A stretch of 64,000 nucleotides of DNA from Obrimoposthia wandeli (taxonomy: Eukaryota), in the NCBI GenBank assembly GCA_977020255.1, contig CDROCS010001660.1, positions 1-64,000 on the forward strand, given 5' to 3'. Position numbers and translations under genes: made by a program. Numbering within the stretch: the first letter of the stretch is position 1; every line of letters begins with the position of its first letter. Below are positions 19,947-30,061 of this stretch, piece by piece. Below the pieces are notes generated by a model, which saw nothing but the letters and a program-made list of their open reading frames with translations, did not search any database and was not told the DNA's origin.

Positions 19947-21844
19947 AATACTCAAGTTATTAAGATGTTCAAATCTTGATATCGCAGTTAATTTAACAGG
20001 AAAATATATTCCATGATACTGCAATTCATTTAAAAAATAGGTATATTTACTAACACGCTATCTATGCTCAGTAATTACACCCATTTTGAGGATGGCCAAC
20101 ACCCTATACAGAAAGCAAAGGTTATCACTGTTTTGTATGTTAACAATGGAACGTGAAAGTTGAAGAGATCTAGGTGAAGGAATGTATGAACTCCCCGAAA
20201 GATATATCATGTCAGTGAACTGTGTTAGAACAAAGCTAACATCGTGAATTCTAACTAGAGTCCATCCACTACTTAACTCGCTATAATTAGAAATCTTTTC
20301 ATCTAGGTTTCTTCCAATTTCAGTTACAAAATTATCATAGCAAATAGTTGCTTTATGTGAAATTACCCAAGTTTTAGTTTCCTCATTGACATTTTTAAAC
20401 TGCACTGTTGCGCAAAATTGAACCTTAGCCTGTCCTAATTTAGTCACTTCTGATTTTAAAAGATTTTCAATATTTGAATCTACACCTACGTTTAATAAAA
20501 TTTCATTTCCTAATGGCACCTTAACTATAACATATTTATTATTTAGGTGATACTCTATAGTAGCACCGTTTTCTCTATGTTTTTTGGGTGGAACCTTATT
20601 AAGAAATTGGCCTCGCATCTTTCTTCCTACAGTCGTTGACAAATCTCCCCCTAATTGAACGGGAAGACAACTATTTATATTAACAGTTGAGGTGGAAGGT
20701 GCTGCTATTGGACATGCTGCCGATGTTGAGGCAATCGCAGCTGATGTAGTAGATGCTGCTGTTGTAAGTGCTGCCGCAGTTGTAGATGCTGCATTTGGAG
20801 TAGTAGCCGACATTGCCGATGAAGAAGCGGCTGTTGTAGAGGATGATGCTGCTGAAAAAAATATATATTAAAAAATAAATATATTTTTAAATATTATTAC
20901 CTCTAAGACGTGCTAACATCGATGTAGGCACTCGTGGTGGGGGAGGCATAGCTGTCGTAGTGGATGACGGCTGTATCACGGTATTTCCTGAATAAAAATA
21001 AAAATAAAATATATATAATTACAATTTAAAAAAAGAATCTGAAAAATAATAATAAAAAATACCTAATGAAGGCAATACAACTGGAGCTGGAATGAAGTCC
21101 TCTTCATTGATGGAATCCATCCAGCTGTCGTCCGTTATCTCGACGAAATCGGATTCCTCGATGGTCTCCAACCAGGAGTTATCGCTCCATTGATCCATCT
21201 CGAAATCTGACTGGGATATGTCATTCATCCACTCATTGTTATTCATTTGAGTGGATGGGGCAGAATCAGGATACGGGAGACCAATCGCAGGACCGTAAAC
21301 GGGTTGATCGACTGCAACTGGAATTGGAGAAGGTGCGGCCTGCGAATCGCGCACCAATTGCACGATATCCCTCTTCTTGTTGTTGGCCGTGAAACAGGAT
21401 AGATGAGCTCGATGTTCACCGAAGAAGTCTCGAAACTCCTTCTCCTCCATTGTTCTGCAGAATGGGCAGACGAAGAAGTGAAGCCCGCGAGACTTTGTCC
21501 GATAGTAGGCGGACATTATCTCCATGCAGGTCTCTCCTCCATGCGGAGCCGAAGCACCACAATATGCTGGAAACAGGATACAAGTAATCTGAAATAATAA
21601 ATATTAATAATGAAATAATAAGTATAGATTCTTACCATAGTCATTATTTCAAATAGTCGGGGATTTTAATGAAGAAAGTGTTTGCTTATATACTAAAATT
21701 TATGCACACATGCTCTTTTCCTATTCGATTAAAAAAAATTGAGAAGGATTGTTTATCTGTTAAATGGTCGAATTTTTTTTTTTTATTCCTCCAATCAAAA
21801 GAATTATTTGTAATTGAATGAAAATTATGAATTAGAAGAATTGT

Positions 21845-22333
21845 TTATCTACATGTCAAGTAATAATAAAATAGACTTAAACATTTTTTATATGCGCAAT
21901 GGTCACCATGATTACGATATGGACAGCAAATATTTCGTGGAATTTTTAATAGATGATCACGTGAAATATTTAAAGTATTCAATTTCAATTTGGGAAAATA
22001 TTTTTTTAAAGTCTTATATTTTTTGCCATCCATTTCATCTAAAACATAAAAAATTCCATTTTCTATATCAAAATTAGATGTTATTGTATCGAAAATACAT
22101 ATTTCACAAAAAGCCTTATGTCCTTCTTTCCATTTTAATAAATGAAAGTAATTAGTTAGATATAAATTAGTAAATTATTTCTTATAATCTAAACTTTTAA
22201 ACGGGATATCTATTTGAAATATGAAATGCAAAGGATGAAAAACGTCGCATACATCCATAATACATAATTCTTTTATAATATAATCACCATTTTTGTTAAT
22301 GAAAGCCTCAAAATCTATGATATATTCCTGCAT
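21845..22333 (-). pseudogene. DEDD-like exonuclease-fold Polinton protein with C-terminal Cys/His cluster, one stop
   Basis: MQEYIIDFEAF...YIIKELC...KK*...CCPYRNHGDHCAYKKC; 163 codons; TATAAA 31 nt upstream. Confidence 0.6.
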
Positions 22334-22455
22334 AATTATCTAAATTTGCAGCAAATCCGGTTGTTTATAACGAAAAAAATCATTAATCAAAAATTTATTA
22401 AAATAACAAAGTACTCAGTCTTTCATGTTAAGATTGGTATATATTGTCAATTCTC

Positions 22456-22818
22456 CTATGTAACATAATCAATAAAGACAAAATAATAATCAAAAATTAA
22501 TTTTTTTGTAGAAGGACCCTCTTCTGGTTTAATCTGGAGGATTCTCTTTCTTGCTGCTCGACGATTATCCTTCATATCTTCTCTTCTTTTTTCATCCACC
22601 TTCTTCTTTTCCATTTCGATCTTCTTATTCCACTCAACGATTCGACGTCGTTCTGCTAGCCTCCTATCTTGTATCTCCACCCGATGATTCCACTCGGTCG
22701 CGACAGCAGCATACAGATTCTGATTGAGGATCCTCTTTCTTAAGTCCCCTTTCTTCTCATTTATTCTGATGTTTGCTTCAATCTTCGTTACCAGACTCTT
22801 CATTTTAATGAATTCCAT
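22456..22818 (-). CDS. Basic coiled-coil protein, unknown function
   Basis: Intact 120-aa K/R/E-rich ORF with a homologue at 5405-5715; TATATATA upstream. Confidence 0.6.
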   Translation of the reverse strand: MEFIKMKSLVTKIEANIRINEKKGDLRKRILNQNLYAAVATEWNHRVEIQDRRLAERRRIVEWNKKIEMEKKKVDEKRREDMKDNRRAARKRILQIKPEEGPSTKKLIFDYYFVFIDYVT

Positions 22819-23035
22819 TTTTTAATTATGAAGAGGTTAATAAATTTGAACCTATATATATAAATTTAAGATATTTTTTAATCCAATTATGTGATATATT
22901 TTATTTATCAAATGAGAGTTTAATAAATCTATAACTTATCATTGCATTTAAATCTAATAAACTTAAAGATAGTATTTTAATATTTATAATTAAAATTTTT
23001 TTTAAAAATAAATATTAAGAAGAAAACATATGAAA

Positions 23036-24944
23036 TTAATTTTTATAAATTATATTCTTAAACATCTTTACGAAGTCATCATTGGGATCATCCGGATCGA
23101 AATCCCTCCGACTAAGTATTAATGGAGAAAGCGGTACTGGTTCATTCTTCTTTGGCCTGCCCGGTTTCTTTTTCGGCTTCACCGGTTTGTTTGTAGCAAT
23201 TGTCCTTCCCTCAGGTTTTGGTAATATTTGCCGCAACTTTTTGGGAGGAGGTGCAGCCGATGTTGATGCTCCGACATAGAAGCAGTAGCCTTCCTCTTCC
23301 GCGGAGCTTTCTTCTGTTTCTCCTTCTTCTCACGCTGAAGCTGGCGTGAGACGGCATCTTGTTGCCCTCGCAGATCTGGAAGCATTGCCGGTGTATCCAG
23401 TTCCACCAGGAATTCATCCAATCCAGCTTCATCCCAGGCCCTCTTCAAGTTCTGGCTGGTTGTTGGAGATGCAGTCTCCCAAGCCCTGGCCAAATTTGAT
23501 GTCTCCTGTAGGCGTCGTTGACTTGATGGCGGACTAATCTCAATCGGTGAGACTGGGATCCTCTCGTATAGAATTGGCCCGTCGTCCACTGGAGATGGGA
23601 GAATCTCCTGCCGTCCAATCACCGTCTCAGAATAATGGCCAATTGAGGTGGAACATTTTCTCGAGCGCTTCGTCTTCTTCACCTCTGCTCGCTTCGTCCG
23701 TTTCCTCGGGAAAGGAGTAATTTCTCCCCATTTCTCCTCAATTATCTGGACGGGTTCCTGCAAAATATTAATAAAATTTAAACATATAAATATTTTACCT
23801 CAATGATGGGCAGGTTAGCCTGTTTCACCAACTTTACCTTCTTCCGAGTGTGGGTTTTGACCCGATGGCGTTGCGGTTTCTTAACTGCCGCTTGCTTCCT
23901 ATCCACCGGTTGAATATGCGTCGCCTCTTCGAGAATGTTCTCTATCTATGTGAATTATTAAATTTAATATCTAAATAATTTACCTTAAAATTATCTGGAG
24001 ACGCTAGGTATCGGAGCTGACTCCTTGGCAGCTCATGGCTGCATTGACTCGCCAAGTACTGCGGTTCAATCAGCCTCTCCACCGTGGTCACTGACGGTGC
24101 CAAATCCAGTTGAAGTTTCTGAAAATGAAATTAAAAAACATTTAAAATAAATGATGTCTAACCTCATTCGTCGCTTTTATTCTCCTAACAGGAGATTTCG
24201 GCCTTTTGAATGGTTCAGGCGTTGTATTATCCACTTTCGGAGTAGCAGAGGGAGTGATACCATCCCAATCGTCGGTGAACAGGTGCCACTCGTCTTCGTC
24301 CAATTATGCCACCAGAGATCACGATCATGTTACGGGGCGATACTTGGGAGCGGCGTGCAACCTCTGTAACCTTGGCCGTCGTCTCCTTAAAAAACCACGA
24401 ATTCCCATCGTGTTATCATAATTCTTGGCTCCAGGGGCTCCGATATTTGGCTGTATCCATTTGTCGATGAATGGAGTCAAGTCCTCTTCCCCATCCGACG
24501 GAACGTCATCGGTGAACAACTCCTCGTCTGAGTCTGGTGCGAGGACTTTCTCCGGCTGAGACAGCGGGATCAATTTCCATGGCCAGGATCTCCTTGCTGC
24601 TACTGCCGAAGTTGCTGGACGAACAGCTTCTATGTTTTGCCTGGGAGTACAGTCTCCCCAATTCTCCATCGAATCCTGACTTGTCAGGTCAATATATTGG
24701 GATCTCTGTACCCCGCCTCTCACGTCCATTGGTTCTTCTCTTGGAGTTGAGCTGGCCTTGGGGCTTCTTCTTCCAACAGGTCCGCTCTTGCTGCTGCTTC
24801 TCCTTCGCTCACCACCGATGAGTCTTGACTATGTAAGTCAATGTATTGCGACGGTGGTGGCGTTCGCTGCTGCACTGGAGAGAGATCCCCATAGAGTTGA
24901 ACCTCCGTTTCTTCGTCTAGGTCAACGTTTTTGTAGAATGGCAT
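23036..24944 (-). pseudogene. Spliced low-complexity (P/S/R/K, acidic N-terminus) TIR-proximal gene
   Basis: ATG 24944 (MPFYKNVDL). Phase-0 introns 24162-24119 (44 nt), 23983-23946 (38 nt) and 23798-23758 (41 nt) give open internal exons. Disrupted by frameshifts and an inserted PolB fragment. Confidence 0.75.
24313..24421 (+). repeat. Inverted copy of about 105 bp of the PolB gene (source about 16790-16897)
   Basis: CAGAGATCACGATCATGTTACGGGGCGATAC...CCCATCGTGTT is nearly identical to the minus-strand PolB segment RDHDHVTGRYLGAACNLCN...PIV. Confidence 0.92.
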
Positions 24945-25331
24945 TGTTGATTTATGAAAAATAATGAACGGATGTGTCTTTATATACACAAACATCTTAC
25001 TAACCCTCTTTTATTGTCCAATGAGAGCCTCTTATTCAAATAATTTATTTTTTGTAATGTTTTTCGTGCCTGGAGATCGACTTTCATCGGGTGGTGTATG
25101 TTAGGGTCTTGGGTATGACACGGGTCGTCTACATGTGTCGTCACCAGCACCCACCACCAACCAACGACTTACACCCATCACCCATCGACTTTCACCCAAC
25201 ACCCATCGACTTACACCCACCGTCCAACACCCATCACTCATCACCCAAGGAAGTCTGTGATATACACCCGTCCCGAGCCTTTCGCGCCAAAAGACGCAAA
25301 AAAATCTGTAGGAATCTGAAATTTCACTCCA

Positions 25332-25422
25332 CACACCTACACGAAATTTCACTCCACACACATGCACGGTTTTAAAGGACAGGAGGAGGGGGTGTGGATT
25401 AGACCGGACACATCCATTTACT
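25332..25422 (+). repeat. Polinton terminal inverted repeat (outer end of the PolB arm)
   Basis: Matches 12643-12746; ends ...CCGGACACATCCATTTACT (5'-AGTA on the minus strand). Confidence 0.85.
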
Positions 25423-27918
25423 GAATGCTATTAAAGTGAAAAATGACATGAAAATATCAAACAGATGGCAGTATTAATCAATTATCTAATTTACGTTAGT
25501 GTGTGGGAAATTATCGATATATCTTAGTGCTTGACAAGTAACACGGTGATAGTTTTTAGTAGAGCCCAGACATTTCAGCAGTTAAAATAGGAAATTTTGG
25601 CAGTATTTCGGCAACTGAAACTGTTATTTTTAATTGTGATTTTAGTATTTAAAAGTAATATAAAAATGAAAAGAAACAATCAACTCGAAAAATATATACA
25701 TCACAAATATTTATTAAAATATATAACTAGGTACATTTCTACGTTGCTTTCTTTTAGTAATAAACGCTTGGGGTGAGCAAATTTTTCAGATCTGAAAATG
25801 ATCTCCCGCTGATATTGATACTAATGGAGCAAAATTAAAACATTTTGTTTCACTTAAAGATTTCTCCATTGATAATTTCTGCGAGACTAGAATTATTAGC
25901 CATTTTGATTCGATTTTATATAATTTAAAATATCCTTGACATAATTTATGGATGTTGAATCTGCTTCTAGTAGGATAATTTCTTCAGATAAAAAAGATGA
26001 AACATTAATGCAAACATCTGTAGTCTCATTCATAACACAATATATAAAATTATTCGAAATTATATTTCGAATATTGTTGGGAATATTTTGTGGACATACT
26101 CACTGCATCGGGCTCGAAAAAATTATGAGTATTTGTGTTTTTGTGAGAGTATTTTGATTATGAATGATTTTGTTTTCTAACAAACAATTAAAAACTTTAT
26201 AAAAATGATAATTTTTAAAAGAAAACAGGCAAAAGTTAAAAATTATTTCATTAATTAAACAATTTTCTTAAATTTTCCCTCTGCTAGTGCTGACGAACAT
26301 CATCGACACATAGTATTAATGCGCACATATGCACAAACTACACATATAATTCATACACTTACATTTACTTTCATACTCACTCACTACTTATTCTCACTCA
26401 TTTTTCCTGTTCACTCACTCTCACTGCTCACTCACTCTACTCCTATGTATATGTATGTATGTGTGTATATGTGTATATTTAATTTTGCGTTTTCCGCCTT
26501 CCCAGAATATTAACAGACGGTGAAATTTTCCGGCTGCACATGTGCGTGTGTGCAGAGCCGGGAAATACCAGTTTTCACTGTTTTCAGTCTGCAGCGCAAA
26601 TGCGGACCAATTTCTCTAACAAAATTTTTGCAACTGTAATTATGTGTGTGTGTGCATGTTACATGCACCAAAAATAGCCCCAATGCTTGACAACGTGAAC
26701 CAAGAAAATTCTCTTCGATTTAATTGACCTTGAACAACATACACGTCGATTAGGCTGATATACTTGAAAATTTTAATGTTACAGTTGATAATGATTTAAT
26801 TTCAATTTGATCCTCAATTTTATTGGAAAAATACTTTACAATTTGATTCTGAATTTTATTTGAAAGATACTTTACAATCTCGATCCTGAATTTTTTTTGA
26901 AAAATACTTAACATTTTGATCCTGAATTTTATTAATTTATTTTGAAGATACTTTACAATATTACATATTGTTTCTTCATACACTTTAGGAACCTAATTTT
27001 TGACCGTTGAAGAATTTAGACTGTGTCTTCCGACATATTTCTTAACATATTTTTAAACGTATGTTCCAACAAATTTGAAGGGGCTTCATGAATAACTGTG
27101 AGTTAACTTCTTATTTTAGACACTCATCAAGCCATCTTTTGATCTTTGTGAAGCTGAAATGCTAAAGCATTTATGTCAGATTAAGTTTTACTTAACTTCC
27201 AATGAGAACACTGATATTCCTTTTGAATCAAATTCACTATAATGCAGTGTTTCCTGCATATAACACATGTACTATTCTTGTCAATCTTCTGGAGGAAAGG
27301 GTACTGTGAGTTCTGTTTGTTTATGTTGTAAGGATTTATTTTTGAAGTAACAATTTGTTTTAATCGAACTTAGTTAATTTTAATTATGAAATACATTGTT
27401 CGGTTCATCAAGCGAACTCTCTTACTTGTTGAATTTTACATTAACTTATATCTACTTATACTAATCGTAATCATACTTGTTTTAATTGTAATATTTATTT
27501 TTTAATTGTGAAAGTGCTGTACTTTGATTTAACATCAGAGTAATTATTCATTTTGATAAAACCCAACATTATTATTGTTCTATTTATTATTTACGTTATG
27601 TTATATATTGTAAAATATTATTTTATCAAGTTATATAAGTTAGGAATATCATTTTAATTCAAATAGTCATTTGGATGTCATCAATGTTGTATTCAATTTT
27701 ATTTATTTATGATTTATTATCCTTATAATAAGTGAATATAAAGTGCTAACCGTAAAATCTTATCTTTTGACCTTCTCCTGGAGAATAAAAGTGATTCGAT
27801 TGGAAGCAATCACTTGAACCTAAATTAGTTACGAAATGACGATTCAAGATAGAATCAGGCATTAACGTTAATAATTTTTAGCTTTGATTTAATTTAAAGA
27901 ATTTATAACACTTATATC

Positions 27919-28766
27919 CAGTGGTGGGATTCAAACTGTTTAGCAACCGGTTCGCTCATTTACCGGTTGATGTGGAATTAAATCAATTTTTCCGTGTGTG
28001 GTTAATAATAAACAAGTCCAATTAATCATTTTATTTACCATCATATTCCAAATATTTCCAGATTGATAATTCATTAGAATTATAAGAACTATTAGATGAA
28101 TGCTTCACTCTTTTATCATCAGCTGTGTGGTGTTTTCTTAGCCACGTTTTAACAGAATCCATAGAATCCCATAAATTAAGAGGAAGACCAATTAACTTTA
28201 TTACCATAAGATTTGCGACATTTTGAACTTCAAGACGATTCCTTTTATCGCTATATATCACATTCATAACTGAAAATCCGCGTTCCGCTTCAGCAGAACT
28301 CAAAGCAATTGTATTAATAATATTTTTTGCTTTTTGTATTGTAGAAGGAACATCTTGATTGGGACGGTTTTCTATAACATTTTCTACATAGTCACGGAAA
28401 TCGTTAACGCATATTTTATGGTGAAACTGCTTATAGAATCCGGGTAATTTTTCTTCAGCTTGTTTCCACGGTACAACAACTTCATCAATATCCCATGATT
28501 CAGGGCTAACGATGTTTACTAAACAGTGAATTTTGTTATCAATTTCTTTGGAGTTTTTGCTTGCTTTTATTTCATCAGAATCCATCAATCTTAGTTTCAT
28601 ATTTTTTATAATAGAATCTAACAGGCTTTGGCGAGGAAGGTTAATATATTTCTTATTTTGAACAAACTTAGGTAGTCCAGGAACTGGTTCAGGCGGTTCT
28701 GCGAACTTTTATATTTTTAGGAACCGGTTCGCGCGAACCGGTGCGAACCCTTGAATCCCACCACTG
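27919..28766 (-). mobile_element. Second copy of the 848-bp hAT element
   Basis: Same TIRs, same length, identical 189-aa ORF (28031-28600); 8-bp TSD CTTATATC (27911-27918, 28767-28774). Confidence 0.95.
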
Positions 28767-30061
28767 CTTATATCTATTTGCTAGCTTATTTAATCTTAAA
28801 TGATTTATTGTAATAAAAAACAATGTAATTAATCAAAAAATGGGTAAATTATATGCTGAGAAAGATACTAAAAGTAATTTCAAAATATTGTTTTTGTTAT
28901 TACTAACTATGAAAAGGTTAATTTTTTGTCCAATATAATGTTTTTTAGAAAATGTACTTATTTTCAAATTCTTCATATCAAAAATTAAATTGAATTCTAC
29001 TATTTATTTTAAAATTAATTATTTGTTAATATTCAATTTTTTTAAAAATTGCATAATTATTAACATTTGTTAAGTATGTTTAAATAATGTTGCTTTGAAA
29101 TCAATTTCAGAATTGCAGCTAGAGCTCTTCAAGTTAGTGCAATTTATTAAAATAATCGATAAATTTCATGCTTAGAAAAAAAAAATTCAAATGTAGAAAA
29201 GTTTACATTTACATTGATACTAATAATGTATTGATTTTTTATTAATTCAATAAATTAGTTTTATTCAATATTGATTGAAAAATCCTTTAAAATTATTTTG
29301 AATGGATATGTTCAATGTCTGTTATATCACTGGATTTATATCTCGGAACATATGTATCAGTCGGTTATAGATGAGATCAATTGAGTTATTTTGTATTCAA
29401 TTTTGTAATTTTAAAAAGAATTCAATATTCCTAAGTAATTTTATAAAGATTTTAACAGATTTTACAGGAGTAATTTAAGGATTTAATGAAAATGACCAAG
29501 ATATAAACATTTATTCACAAAATGTCTTTTTCAGAAGATGGAAAATATGTTTTGATGTGACCAGAATCTCATATGAAGCTAGTGGAATCCAGGTTTATGG
29601 TTAGTAACTTGAACTTAGCTTATAAATTGATCAAAATTCTCTAGGTGTATAAATTAAATAATATGTTAAATAAATCAATATTTCTATAAATATATAAAAA
29701 AACAGTGCAAGATACTCAATCCCTTAAATATTGTTTTCACTATTTGGTTTTAATTACAATGTAATGCGAAAATGCAATATACCATGTATAGTGAAGGGAA
29801 CGGAAGAATCAAATTATTGACAAATGTAACCAAATATGAATACTTCTCCAGTAAGTATGGTTATTCAGGGAACATCCAAATACCTCGAAATGTAATATCG
29901 CTTGCAATGAGCTTCTCAATTTTTTTAGGCATTCCAAGGACATTTGCCTGTACTGAATACTGTCAACAAGCAATACGAAACTTATCTCTGACATGTAGAT
30001 ATATTTCTGGGGCTTCTTCGTCACTGGATAGCTTCTTTCTTATATGCTTCTGACATCTTCT

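Larger units (their letters stand above)
14909..21644 (-). pseudogene. Protein-primed family B DNA polymerase; four exons, interrupted by a retrotransposon, with frameshifts/stops
   Basis: Motifs SGW...GSSYIP...IVNIQN.DN.CF, YADFES, VRDHDHVTGRY..AACNLCN, FHNLKGYD, GIRGG, IDINNLYG, KSNNLFGK, GDTDS, KGV. Introns 21635-21589, 21062-20988 and 20900-20852 join the upstream exons in frame. Confidence 0.93.
6420..25422. mobile_element. Polinton/Maverick (adintovirus-like) element, rearranged and inactivated
   Basis: Contains the hallmark set: rve integrase, penton, FtsK/A32-like ATPase, MCP, adenain protease, protein-primed PolB and about 90-bp TIR copies at 12643-12746 and 25332-25422. Confidence 0.95.

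Noticed and set aside
19257-20024. Single 255-aa PolB-RT fusion protein
   Set aside because: Chance in-frame junction at the 5' end of the retrotransposon insertion; upstream PolB has a stop at 20058.
2319-25430. 6-bp target-site duplication for the Polinton
   Set aside because: No matching flanks for any pairing of the ends at about 2325, 6420, 12746 and 25422.
25740-26160. Possible degraded hAT transposase piece (minus strand CVMNETTDVC)
   Set aside because: One short motif amid many stops; not enough to call.
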